Program-made: the position numbers and the translations under genes
The notes under the pieces: generated by a model
Databases searched by the model: none
The model's input: only the letters and a program-made list of their open reading frames with translations
Told to the model about the DNA's origin: nothing
Assembly: GCF_039654945.1 (NCBI RefSeq)
Contig: NW_027362008.1
Coordinates: 4,154,001 to 4,218,000, forward strand
Length of the DNA stretch: 64,000 bases
Origin: Dendrobates tinctorius
Taxonomy: Eukaryota
Direction: 5' to 3'
In this document: positions 24,526-38,605 of the stretch, piece by piece
How positions within the stretch are numbered: the stretch's first letter is position 1
Layout of the letters: every line of letters begins with the position of its first letter

Positions 24526-26819
24526 TAGAATCATAGAATCATAGAATCATAGAATCGTAGAGTTGGAAGGGACCTCCTGGGCCATCTGGTCCAACCCCCT
24601 GCTCAAAGCAGGATTCGCTAAATCATCCCTGTTAGATGTCTGTCCAGCCTCTGTTTGAAGACTTCCATTGAAGGAGAACTCACCACTTCTCGTGGCAGCC
24701 TGTTCCACTCATTGATCACTCTAACTGTCAAAAAGTTTTTTCTAATATCTAATCTGTGTCTCCTCCCATTCAGCTTCATCCCATTGCTTCTAGTCTTTCC
24801 TTGTGCAAATGAGAATAAAGTTGATCCTTCTACAATGTGACAGCCCTTTAGATATTTGTAGACAGCTATTAAGTCTCCTCTCAGTCTTCTCTTTTGCAAA
24901 CTAAACATTCCCAAATCCTGCAACCTTTCCTCATAAGACAGGGTTTGCAGACCGGTCACCATTCTGGTCGCTCTTTTCTGAACTTGCTCCAGTTTGTTGA
25001 TGTCTTTTTTAAAATGTGGTGCCCAAAATTGGACACAATATTCCAGATGAGGTCTGACCAAAGAGGAGTAGAGGGAAATAATTACTTCACGTGATCTAGA
25101 CTGTATGCTTCTGTTAATACATCCTAGAATTGCATTTGCCTTTTTTGCTGCTGCATCACACTGTTGACTCATATTCAGTCTGTGATCTATTAGTATACCC
25201 AAGTCTTTTTCACATATGCTGTCACTTAGCCCTATTCCTCCCATTCTATATATGCTTTTTTCATTTTTATTGCCCAGATGTAGTACTTTGCATTTCTCCC
25301 TGTTAAAAACCATTCTGTTAGTTGCTGCCCACTTCTCCAGTTTATTTAAATCTTTTTGAATCCTCTCTCTCTCTTCTCTAGTATTAGCTATCCCTCCTAG
25401 CTTTGTGTCATCAGCAAATTTAATCAGTTTACCCTCAATTCCTTCATCTAAATCGTTGATAAAGATGTTGAACAATACAGGGCCCAGGACAGAGCCCTGT
25501 GGTACCCCACTTGAGACATTCTTCCAACTGGATGTGCTGCCATTTACGACCACTCTTTGGGTCCGATCACTAAGCCAGTTATGAATCCACCTAACAGTTG
25601 CCTTGTCCATTCCATACTTAGTCATTTTTTCAATAAGGATTGTATGAGAGACTTTGTCAAATGCTTTGCTGAAGTCAAGATATACTATATCTACAGCATT
25701 TTCTTGATCCACCCAATCAGTGATACCGTCATAGAAGGAAATTAAATTAGTCTGACATGACTTATTATTTACAAACCCATGCTGACTCTGTTTAATCACT
25801 TCATTCTTATCCAAGTATTGACATACATGTTGTTTAATAATTTGTTCAAAGATCTTTCCTGGTATAGAAGTCAGACTCACCGGCCTATAGTTGCCTGGGT
25901 CCACCTTCTTCCCCTTTTTGAAGATAGGAACAACATTTGCTCTTCTCCAGTCTTCTGGCACTTCTCCTGTTCTCCAAGAATTTTCAAAGATTATGGAGAG
26001 GGGTTCAAAAATTTCTTCTGCTATCTCCTTCAGTACTCTGGGGTGTAATTCATCTGGACCTGGAGACTTGAATTCATTTAGGTTAGCTAAGTGTTTCCTC
26101 ACTATCTTTCTGTTTATAGATATCCTGGATTCTTCTATTCCCTTAATAGGACAGTGAATAACAGTTGATGTTACATTTCCTTTCTGAGAGAAAACAGATG
26201 CAAAATAGGAATTTAAAAGTTCAGCCTTCTCAACATCCTGTCTTACCATTTCATCATTTTCATCCTGTAAAAATCCTATAGCATCTTTGACTTTTCTTTT
26301 ACTTTTGACATATCCCCAAAATCCTTTATTATTGCTTTTGACATCTCTTGCAAGTCTCAATTCATTTTCAGCTTTAGATAATCTGATTTGTGCCCTGCAG
26401 GTTCTGCAGACAGCATTATATTCTTCTTTAGATATGCCTCCCTCTTTCCATTTTATAAACATTTTTTTCTTCCTTTTTAGCATGTGCTTAAGTTCTGTGT
26501 TCATCCATCCTGGTTTCCTTAAATGCTTCCTATTCTTCCCTCTTTTCGGAATTGTTAACAACTGTGCTTTGAGAATTTCATTTTTCAAGATTTCCCATCC
26601 TTCCTGGACATTTTTGTCTTTAAGGATATCCAGCCATTGGATCCCTCCAATTCTCTTTCTGAATCCCTTAAAATCTGCCTTTCTGAAATCTAACGTTGAC
26701 GTCTGAGTCTTCACAGGTCTTCCGCCTCTAGTTATCCAAAATTCTAAAATAGCATGGTCGCTACCTCCTAGGGTCCCAGCCACTTTTACCTCCTCAACCA
26801 TTTCCTCCCTGTTTATAAG
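24526..26819 (-). mobile_element. CR1 insertion B, unit 2 (ORF 24618-26801)
   Basis: Same site; right TSD copy reads AATTTTCA. Confidence 0.96.
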
Positions 26820-28466
26820 AATTTTCAGAGAAGTTATTCTCCATGAATTGAGTATCGCTGATTATGTACTGGAATCTCTCCATGCTGATATTTTATCGTC
26901 TTTTCAAATCTGAGTGAACAAAGAATTTGTTTTTTCACTTCATCGTTAAGCTAGGTCATCTCTTTTTTGGATTTTTTTATTCCAAGACATGGCAGTTCTG
27001 TGCTCAGAGCTTCATGATCTATTAACGCTGTGAGATGGATTGTTTTATATGTCTAATGTAACGCAACAAGTATAAAAATGTTCTATAGTGAAGGTCAAAA
27101 CTGGCTCCAGTATGTAACAATAAAAATGAAATAATGTGAAAACTTTTTTCACTATCTCATAAAGCTAAATTTATAAACCTTTCCAAAAATAAAATGAGAT
27201 TGGCGTACAAAATCAGCTCATCAAATAAGGAAATTCTCCCATTACACTAAAAATAAATTTGCAGAAACTGGTACATGACCTGTACCCATAGCGGTGCCAT
27301 TTACTTGGTGGAAAGGGATGAAATTAAAAATAAAATCATTTGAGTCAACTAAACATCCAATAATATTTTAAAACAAACCTGTTTTGTGACTAAAAACAGA
27401 TCTGCTCATCTCTCATCAGTACATGGGTGGTAGAGGTTAGCAGTGAAACAATAGAAATTTATTTAGATGCATTTACATTGTTACATGATATGAATACAGT
27501 TATGTTAGATGTCTTGTGACTACAGGTAAATGTTCTTTACCCAATTTAATAAAAAAATCTACTTACATCCAAATCTTCATTTCACTTGACCAAATAGTGA
27601 GATGTTGATGTAATTATCCTTTACAGAAACCTCTTGATTATGTCTTCTGCTGACATACTCACACTTTTTAAAGAAATGTTTTTATTCAATATTGGCTCGT
27701 TCACCCGTCTTAATCTAAAGTCACTGGATGCTTCTATAATTAAATGTAAATAAAAAAAAAGAAGGAGTTACCAGATATGAAGATGCTATGCTACTGTGAA
27801 GGTAACGTGGCAAATGCATTTCCAGTAGATGTAAAAACAGTAAATTTCTGAAGATCATAAAAAAATAGACATCAATCAGCTATAAAAAGCTAACACATGT
27901 ATTACATTCTTCAATATGTTGTACACTTGGACGGGATGGCCATGGGGGTGGCATTCACGCCAAATAAGTATCAACACAATATCTCAGTGCAATTTTGCAC
28001 ATCTTTAATATTGTATAAAATATAGAAAGCCACTTCTACTAGATGTCTAATAGCATGTAAATGAAGACTGTTATAGCTCCCATTTACATGAATTACACAC
28101 GTATATACAAGATGTATGAAGCATGGAACACCTTACTATATTAATAAATAATACAATTGAGCAATTTGAAGCAAACACTGCACTCAGCAGCTATTAATCA
28201 GGTAATCATAGCAGTGGCCCTAACAATTTCAATACCATGGTCATTGCATATTTTAGAAATTTTGTCTCTTGACTTCATGAAACTATCATGAAATAATACA
28301 ATGAATAACATTTCTCTCTTTAGTTTACCTAATTATCAGCACAATGGTGAATAGTATCACAGGGCACCACAGGAAATTTCTATCCCTTTGTGTTGTCCCA
28401 AACCAGCATTCTCCCTGGAGAGATTTATAAATGTCAGTTTATATGTAAATGGAGACAGTAAGTCTT

Positions 28467-28687
28467 GGCCAATGACAATATCCCACTAATTAACAACCCC
28501 CTGCTCTTCCCAGATATAAACTGTTTCCTCCTCTCAGTGACATCTACTTCACTCCAGGTATTATTTGTGGTCAGAACTGGCCTCTGAGGAGCATCAAGCT
28601 GTAGACTTGTTGGTGTACAGGAGGAGTTCAGCACCGACTATCATCTCTTTCAGTAGCAGTAGACATCTTCAATCTCCATCTACAAAG
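28467..28687 (+). promoter_or_regulatory. Putative kinase promoter and first exon, copy 2
   Basis: Same motifs at +16164. Confidence 0.58.
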
Positions 28688-28908
28688 GTGAATATATGAT
28701 AAGTATAGCACAGCATATAGTAGATGGTATTACTGCAGATCCCTGGGGAATTATGCAATGCTGGAACATTATTACAGTGACTGCACACTATTATACAATT
28801 GTGCATTTCTAGTCGCAGTTTACACGAGGTGATTACAGTATGTTATTATGGGTCTCAAAGATGTTTCATGCTTTATTCAATGCCATATCTCATTTCATTT
28901 TATTCAGA

Positions 28909-30558
28909 ATGGCCACCAACATCAAGGAAGCAAGCAAGAACACGGCAAAACACCTTCTTCATCTGATATCAGAAACTTCCAAGAACCTGAAGATGATGGA
29001 AGTGACTGACCACTTTGAACTTTTGCTAGAACTTGGGACTGGATCTTTTGGAAATGTACACATGGGAAAACACAAACATTCAGGTGAGATGATGATGATG
29101 GATGATGACTATGAAGATGACTGAGCCATCAGGGTGGTTTTAGATGAATGTGAAAGATGAAATTGAAATCTGCTTGTACCCTGACAAACTGTACTTGTTA
29201 ACAATCATTAAGTATGACCCTAGTTGTATCCTATCTACAACGTGTCATTAGTATTCTGCACCACTACCCTCTAGTCTTATGAATGCTCCTGTGTAAAGTG
29301 ATTGATCAGGTTGTTTATATGGTTTTAAAAGTGTTATGGAATATGATGAGGATGAACATTAACAATTATAATGTTTATTCAACAGGACAGACCGTGGCAA
29401 TTAAAATGATGGCAAAGAAGAAGACTCCAGAAGACAACTTCTTTCTGGAATATTGCATTTCACAAACCCTCAGCATTCATCGGAACATCATATTTACTCA
29501 CGACATCTTCTTCCATACCAGTAGGGATTTTGTGTTTGTTCAGGAAGTGGCACCGGCCGGAAATCTCCAGTCCATCCTTGTACCTAAAGTAAGATCTTAA
29601 GCTGTTCTCCACTTTTACATATTCAAGCATTATTCATACTGCTGAAGAAAAAAATTAGTGGTCTTTATTGTAGATCTGACATCTAACATTACCCTATTTC
29701 CTCAGATTTAATAAACTCATATTTCTGTAAGTAGCAGTATGGGACCCCCATAATTAGGCAGGTTTAGGTTGTATGAGTATGTGTGAGCTAGTAAAATCCT
29801 CTATGTGAGAGATATTTAATTTTTAGTGGAAATCTCACATTATAGAGGATATCTGATTAATAGCAGAGTAGAACTGATGTCTGCAGGAATTATATCTACT
29901 AGTAGAAGATATCTATAAGTCTTCTGTTCTTTTATATCAGATATGTTTTCCCTTCTGCTGTTCAGCTGTGTAATCTTCTGTGTTGTCTTTTTCTTAGGTC
30001 GGCATGCAGGAGGACATGTTGAAGCGTTGTGTTCCTCAGATCGCCAGTGCTCTGGACTTCATGCATAACAGAGGAATGGTTCATCGGGATATCAAGCCGA
30101 ATAATATTCTTCTGATGGATGCAGAATGTCACTGGATAAAGCTGGCAGACTTTGGACTCACCAGGCTCCAGGGCACATTTGTTCCTTTTGTGCCCTGGTA
30201 TAAACCCTACACTGCTCCAGAGCTCTGCTGCCTTAGACCAGGAGAACAGTTGTTGCTACATCCTAGTCTTGATGTCTGGGCTTTTGGTGTAGTCATTTAT
30301 TATGCTCTTTCTGGACTCTTTCCTTGGCATGGGGCAAAACGCGGTGATCGAGATTATAAAGAGTTTGCCTGGTGGCAGGTTGGAAGGGATCTGTCAAAAG
30401 CTCCAAAAAAGTGGAAGAAAATTTCAGTGGAGGCCAGAGTAATGTTCTGGGAACTGCTTCAAATAAATGCCTCTAAGAGAGGCTCGGCCATTGACATTCT
30501 AAAATTTATGCACTTGCCATGGAAAGCCGAGGAATGTTCAGAGACCGAAGCAACCTGA
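28909..30558 (+). CDS. SBK1-like kinase, copy 2; exons 28909-29083, 29386-29588, 29998-30558
   Basis: Same protein as copy 1; synonymous TTT>TTC at 30060. Confidence 0.92.
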
Positions 30559-33500
30559 TATGTTGAATCTATGACAAACTGCAATATGATATTTGTTTTT
30601 TTAATCAATAATGTCTACAAAGCAGACTGTGAACTATTGTAAATAGCTCAATAAATGAATAAAACAGACTTGAATCTTACTAAAGTTTGTCTCGAGAAAA
30701 ACAGAAAAAAATATAGAAGTTACGGGTATACGAACATGGGACACTCCCAAAACATTTTTTAAGTCAGTTTTTTTCATAAAAGTAACAAAACATAAAAAGT
30801 GATATAGAAAAGGAATTGTCATGGTATTGCTATTCACATTCTACATATTTCACATTGACATGCTTTAGCACTACAGAGTGCATCTTTTTTGTTTATTGAA
30901 AATGAAGGTAACTGCAGCTAGTTGGCTCCTGTTCACATTAGCTTGGAAGTGCCAGTCTTTTTGTCACTAAAAAAATAATACTGGTACTTTATTCCCAAAT
31001 TTGATAAATATGCTGAGCCTCCATCTTGCTATTTGCACTGGATATTATGCCCATTGGTTAAGAAAACTCCCTTGGTTATACAGGACTCAAGATTTTTTAC
31101 AAATACAGGATGATTTTGATTGACAAGAATTATTGCAGCTGGTGACAATCCTTGTGCTTTTGCTTTGCACACAATTCCTTTCAATTTGCAGGACCCTGGT
31201 ATAACCAGGCAGCTGATACAGCAATGGATTCACCAGTTGCCGTGACTTGTATACTGTATATATTTTTTGGAGAAAGATACTTAATTTGAACAATCCATTT
31301 CTATTACATATCAAATTATTCTTACAATTTAAAGACAATATTCTTATAGTAAGAAGAGATGTGTCTTTTACTTTTTGGAAAGCATGCAGTAAAAAATAAA
31401 ATCATTATGAGTCAGCACAAATTCTAATAATTTGAAAACAAAACTCTTGAGTGACTGAATATGATTGCCCTTTGTGCTCAAAAATATTTTACTGCCTGAG
31501 TTCCCAATTCATAACAGATTCTGGTATAAAATGTCTCAATGTAAAGTCTCACTATCATTCTTGTGGGTGGCCAGGACTTCCAGCATCACCAGACCTCTGA
31601 CTTCACTGTGCCTTTGTTGGGAAAAAACTTGGCACTCATAGTAAAATCAGAGGATTTTATATTTGAATTTATTTAACGCTGTCGGAGAAGAGATTTCTAT
31701 TTCTACTTGGGTAGTTTCTGTCTTATGGGTACCTATGCAATGAAGCATAATGAGAGAGACAGACTGCTCGCTGTGTTTCCAAATCGTCTCTAAGGTTTAT
31801 TGACAGTGTGAACTTTTATAGAACAAGATCAAAAAGAAATGAAGAATACATAAGAATTGGCAAAATAGAAAGGGAGGTTACACAATCGTTGACATAAAAA
31901 GATAGGTTATACAATGAGTTGTCAACCACATCCTCGGACACAAGATAAAATTAAATGAAAAATGACAGGAATACAGGGGTGCTTTCCAAAAGTCAATGTG
32001 CTCTAAGTTAATAGTCATGAGTTCATATTCAAAAGATATTTTTCTAAAAAGATGTTAGAACATTTCACCTCAAAAGGGAAGAGAATGCATGTCCTTCAGA
32101 TTTTCTGGGAATTGTAGGAACTGACCATTAGCCATAGGACTGTGACCACATAGACAGATGATAACTGGATGTCACGACTAGTGACGAGTTCGCTGCCGAG
32201 CCAACACCTCCACGTCGACGACCACGACGATGTGGGGTGAGCGTCCCAAGTGGGGATGGAATGTGGACCCACTGGACCACAGGGGGGACCCAGGCCTACC
32301 CAGACTAGGGAAGAGTAGTGACCGGGGTCTGTGGCAGCTGAGCATGTGGACGAGGAGGCAGAATGACATGACACCGCACACTTCAGGTATAGACATAAAG
32401 TTTACTTGAACAAGACATGGTACATAAACGAAACAGTTATGCAAGGCTCCCGGTTCCGCACATCAGGGAAGGGTACATGTCTCAGGATAACAGAAGAAAG
32501 GCAGGAGGTCATTACGGGTTGAGCAGTCCAGGGTTGTCTGGCATGGGTATACTAGGGCGGCCTCATCCTCAGTCCTCAGGGGTAGCAAAGGGTCACCAGG
32601 AGAATATCAGACACCGACCACAAACAGACTTCAGAAAATGGCAGGCATTGTCTGACATTTCAATCACATCCATACACGCAGTACTTCTGTATTCTCCCGC
32701 TACCCGTATTTTATCAAAAAAGCTCTAATGCCAATGGACAAAAACATAAATCTTATCTATTTATAGAAACTCTTGGTTGGTTCACTATATCCTCTAATTA
32801 GTGTCCTATCTGAGTACCCGGTTGCATACAAAAAAATTGAGCAATTATATTCACATATTGTCTTCACGTGATTTTCCCACTTCATTACAAACTCCCACCC
32901 GGTTCCTTCCATTAGGTTTTTCCAAGGAGCAACTAACCAGAGAGTTTTATCTTAATCGCTGCTTTGAGCAACAAAAAGGCTGTTTATACACTGAGCACAC
33001 ATCATTTAGTCTCCATACATCAACAGAGCTGCTGTACAGGAGTACGAAATGAATATGTTGAAGTGTATTTTCCTGGGCCCAACCAGTATGTGGGTACCAA
33101 GGTGTAATGGGGTGCATAGGACTATGCAGCAGGGCAGACATTGCTGTCACTCTGTAAACAAAAGAGTAGGGGAGAACCGTATGAATATGGTGAAGTGTAT
33201 TTTTTTCCTGGGCCCATCCAGTATGTGGGTTCCAAGTGTTTAATGGGGTGCATATGACTATGGTATGAATCTCGGAAAAAAATATTTAAAGCTGTGAACT
33301 AGGAGTCAGGAATGCTTCCAGGGGCGATCCCCATGAATTCCCCATTTCATTTGAGCAGTGTTTAAATCATTTTCAGATGTTTCTAGACCTTAAAATGACC
33401 CCCTTGGGGGATCACAGCAAAAATGCTCGGGTTTCCCATAGACTTATATTGGGCTCGTTGTTCTGTCCGAGTACCCAAGTATTACAATTTGCTCGACCCG

Positions 33501-33971
33501 AACAACGAGTGCCCAAGCATTTTAGTGCTCGCTCATCACTAATCCCAGTACTTAAAAAGCGATACTCAATTCATGGAGAATAACTTCTCTGAAATTCAAA
33601 TTAATTGGGAAAATCCAAACGGTTAAGCGATTTTGAATTTTGCTGATCTGACCCATGTTATAAAACAATCTTATCATATATTGTGCACGATGAATGCCGC
33701 ATGAAGGGAAAAGTGAAAAACTGCTAAACTTGCTATTCTTGTTCATCTTACCTCACTAAAAAATTGAATTAAAAAAATCATGTATCCCAACGCTGTACCA
33801 AAACAACTAGTTTTGTACCCAAAAACATGTCCTCATGCAGATCTGCATTCAGAAAAATAAAAAGCAATGACTCTCAATATGACAGCTATAAAAAACATAT
33901 TGTGATTTTCTTGGGTATGAACATAATCATGTCAGCACACAGAATAAAGTGAACAAGTCAATTATACTGCT

Positions 33972-35135
33972 TACGTTTGAAAATCCACCAGGCTTCCCTA
34001 TTTTGTAATGTAACCTCCGTATCACCCCCTCTGATGGGTGTGTGTATTTTTTCAATTGCATACACCAGAAGTGTTTTCAGGTCATCTTTATGACATTCAA
34101 TAAAATGTTTTGACACCTGAGATGTGTTCCTTTCCATGTTAATATTCTCTGTGTCATAGATGTGTTCCCCAATTCTTTTCTTCAGCTTGCGTTTTGTGCT
34201 TCCAACATGTTTTAGATGGCAGAAGGTGCACTCCATAATATATACCAAGGTTTTAGTGCTACAATTGATAAAGGTTTTAGTAGCAAAATTCTTGCTTTCA
34301 CTAGAATCTCCAAAGCTAGAGCTCTCTTTAGTGTATTTACAGGACTTAGCGCCACACTTATAAAAACCCTTGGTTTTCTGCCAATTTGTGGATTGAATTT
34401 GAGACATATTCAAAAAACTTGGCAAAAGGCTCTGACCTAAAGATGGTGCTCTCCTAGAGTCTATTCTAAATCCTTTCCCTATAATACTATCTATATCTGG
34501 ATCCTCTTTTAATACAGATAAATTATTTTGAATAATTCGTTCAATAGAGGCAAACTGGTTACTACACTGCGAGACTAATGTTACAGGAGTGACTGAATGT
34601 TCATGTGTGTTACACTTAGGTTTGAATCGCGGTTTTTGAGCCACAATGTTTTCAGCTTTGCTTAAACTCCATTGGGTATAACCCCTTTGGGTCAATCGCT
34701 GCTTAATGTTAGAAACTTCCTGTTGATAATCTGTATTTGTGCTACAATTGCATTTAGCTCTTGTCATCTCCCCAACAGGTATACTTTTAATTGTATGTTT
34801 AGGATGATGGCTTTTTCCATGGAGTATAGCATTGCCTGCTGTGTTCTTTCTAAATTTTTGTGTTACTACAGGTTTACCTGAAATTCCTTGTAAAATCAAA
34901 TAAAAAAAATCAATGCATGAAATTTTATGGCGGACCACAAATTTTAAATTCAAGGGATTGCAATTAATATAAAAATTAAAATCCTGTATGGCAGATACAT
35001 CAGAATTCCAGATGATAATGATATCATCTATGTATCTGCCTTACCAATAGACACAATCTTTAAATGGATTATTTACAGTATAAATATACAGCTCTTCCCA
35101 CCAGCTCATTACCAAGTGAAATTAGCAAGTGAAGT
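33972..35135 (-). mobile_element. Penelope-like fragment, unit 3
   Basis: Identical 331-aa ORF 33958-34953. Confidence 0.9.
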
Positions 35136-35596
35136 TGTCAAGCGATCCACTATATGACCAAGATGAAAATCTTTCTTTGCAATTGCGGCTTGTTCCCAGT
35201 CAACTTACGTGCATCGTTATATTTTACTTTTGGTTATGTGTGTTTTTCCATGCGTTATTCATCCTGTTTTGAATGTGAATGTTTTTTCTTTGTCATCTAG
35301 GAATATTTAACACCATCCACTATATGATTAAGATATAAAGTATTTTTCGCAATTGCGGCTTGTTCCTCGCTAGTTTATGTGGATTGTTATGCAGGAGCAT
35401 ATTGCTATCTGTGTTTTTTTATGCGATGTAGATCTGGTTTTGAATTAAATTGTTTTCATTTTTGCTTTCACCTAGGTACTTTTACCCTCCTCCGCTGAAA
35501 TTGTGTTTTTAGATCTGTGTCTCTTACTATTACTCTATGACACTCAGTGTATGATAGAGAGAAATGTATTTTTCTTCTTTCTATGATTGTTATTGA

Positions 35597-38500
35597 ATCA
35601 TAGAATCATAGAATCATAGAATCATAGAATCGTAGAGTTGGAAGGGACCTCCTGGGCCATCTGGTCCAACCCCCTGCTCAAAGCAGGATTCGCTAAATCA
35701 TCCCAGTCAGATGTCTGTCCAGCCTCTGTTTGAAGACTTCCATTGAAGGAGAACTCACCACTTCTCGTGGCAGCCTGTTCCACTCATTGATCACTCTAAC
35801 TGTCAAAAAGTTTTTTCTAATATCTAATCTGTGTCTCTTCCCATTCAGTTTCATCCCATTGCTTCTAGTCTTTCCTTGTGCAAATGAGAATAAAGTTGAT
35901 CCTTCTACAATGTGACAGCCCTTTAGATATTTGTAGACAGCTATTAAGTCTCCTCTCAGTCTTCTCTTTTGCAAACTAAACATTCCCAAATCCTGCAACC
36001 TTTCCTCATAAGACAGGGATTGCAGACCGGTCACCATTCTGGTCGCTCTTTTCTGAACTTGCTCCAGTTTGTTGATGTCTTTTTTAAAATGTGGTGCCCA
36101 AAACTGGACACAATATTCCAGATGAGGTCTGACCAAAGAGGAGTAGAGGGAAATAATGACTTCACGTGATCTAGACTGTATGCTTCTGTTAATACATCCT
36201 AGAATTGCATTTGCCTTTTTTGCTGCTGCATCACACTGTTGACTCATTTTCAGTCTGTGATCTATTAGTATACCCAAGTCTTTTTCACATGTGCTGTCAC
36301 TTAGCCCTATTCCTCCCATTCTATATATGCTTTTTTCATTTTTATTGCCCAGATGTAGTACTTTGCATTTCTCCCTGTTAAAAACCATTCTGTTAGTTGC
36401 TGCCCACTTCTCCAGTTTATTTAAATCTTTTTGAATCCTCTCTCTCTCTTCTCTAGTATTAGCTATCCCTCCTAGCTTTGTGTCATCAGCAAATTTAATC
36501 AGTTTACCCTCAATTCCTTCATCTAAATCGTTGATAAAGATGTTGAACAATACAGGGCCCAGGACAGAGCCCTGTGGTACCCCACATGAGACATTCTTCC
36601 AACTGGATGTGCAGCCATTTACGACCACTCTTTGGGTCCGATCACTAAGCCAGTTATGAATCCACCTAACAGTTGCCTTGTCCATTCCATACTTAGTCAT
36701 TTTTTCAATAAGGATTGTATGAGAGACTTTGTCAAATGCTTTGCTGAAGTCAAGATATACTATATCTACAGCATTTCCTTGATCCACCCAATCAGTGATA
36801 CCGTCATAGAAGGAAATTAAGTTAGTCTGACATGACTTATTAGTTAGAAACCCATGCTGACTCTGTTTAATCACTTCATTCTTATCCAGGTATTGACATA
36901 CAAGTTGTTTAATAATTTGTTCAAAGATCTTTCCTGGTATAGAAGTCAGACTCACCGGCCTATAGTTGCCTGGGTCCACCTTCTTCCCCTTTTTGAAGAT
37001 AGGAACAACATTTGCTCTTCTCCAGTCTTCTGGCACTTCTCCTGTTCTCCAAGAATTTTCAAAGATTATGGAGAGGTGTTCAAAAATTTCTTCTGCTATC
37101 TCCTTCAGTACTCTGGGGTGTAATTCATCTGGACCTGGAGACTTGAATTCATTTAGGTTAGCTAACTGTTTCCTCACTATCTTTCTGTTTATAGATATCC
37201 TGGATTCTTCTATTCCCTTAATAGGACAGTGAATAACAGTTGATGTTGCATTTCCTTTCTGAGAGAAAGCAGATGCAAAATAGGAATTTAAAAGTTCAGC
37301 CTTCTCAACATCCTGTCTTACCATTTCATCATTTTCATCCTGTAAAAATCCTATAGCATCTTTGACTTTTCTTTTACTTTTGACATATCCCCAAAATCCT
37401 TTATTATTGCTTTTGACATCTCTTGCAAGCCTCAGTTCATTTTCAGCTTTAGCTAATCTGATTTGTGCCCTGCAGGTTCTGCAGACAGCATTATATTCTT
37501 CTTTAGATATGCCTCCCTCTTTCCATTTTATAAACATTTTTTTCTTCCTTTTAGCATGTGCTTAAGTTCTGTGTTCATCCATCCTGGTTTCCTTAAATGC
37601 TTCCTATTCTTCCCTCTTTTCGGAATTGTTAACAACTGTGCTTTGAGAATTTCATTTTTCAAGATTTCCCATCCTTCCTGGACATTTTTGTCTTTAAGGA
37701 TATCCAGCCATTGGATCCCTCCAATTCTCTTTCTGAATCCCTTAAAATCTGCCTTTCTGAAATCTAACCTTGACGTCTGAGTCTTCACAGGTCTTCCACC
37801 TCTAGTAATCCAAAATTCTAAAATAGCATGGTCGCTACCTCCTAGGGTCCCAGCCACTATTACCTCCTCAACCATTTCCTCCCTGTTTATAAGGATTAGA
37901 TCCAAGGTAGCAGTTCCCCTTGTTTTCTCCCTTACCTTTTGGAAGATAAAGTTGTCAGCAAGAGAGGATAAGAATTTCCTTGACCTGTTAGTTTTGCCTG
38001 AGAGAGATTCCCAACAAATGTCTGGATAGTTGAAATCTCCCATGACAACTATGTCATATTTTTTGGAGAACTTGGCCATCTGATGCATAAAGAGTTCATC
38101 TATATCTTTGGCTTGCACAGGCGGCCTGTAGTAAATGCCTACAATGGTGTCCTTTCCATTGTTCTGTCCTTGTATTCTTACGCAAACAGTTTCCACAGAA
38201 CTCCCAGTCTCTGAAGCTTCAATCTCTGTGCAGATATACGCGTTTCGAACATACAATGCGACACCCCCTCCTCGTTTATCTAGTCTGTTTCTTGCAAATA
38301 AGTTGTATCCTTCTAGTCTTGTATTCCAATCATGTGTATTGTCCCACCAAGTTTCAGTGATTCCAATTACATCATATTTCTGTTCCTGTGTTAGTAGTTC
38401 CAATTCTCCTTGTTTGTTGCCCATGCTTTGTGCATTAGTATAGAAACATTTTAGTTTGTGATTGGTTTCTCTTTCTCCAATATTTTTATTAATTAGATTC

Positions 38501-38605
38501 TTTCGTCTTTGTTCTTCCTTTCCACTTCTAATAGAAGAGTTCTCAATAGCATTTGTCAGGTGTATGGCTTTTTCTGGTCTTTTGCTTCCCTTCCCATGTT
38601 GTTCT
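35597..38605 (-). mobile_element. CR1 insertion A, unit 3
   Basis: Same junctions and same frameshift as unit 2 (~37549). Confidence 0.96.

Larger units (their letters stand above)
16157..32320 (+). repeat. Tandem array unit 2 (16,164 bp)
   Basis: Same content as unit 1; 8 bp longer because the CR1-A tail has one more octamer. Confidence 0.98.
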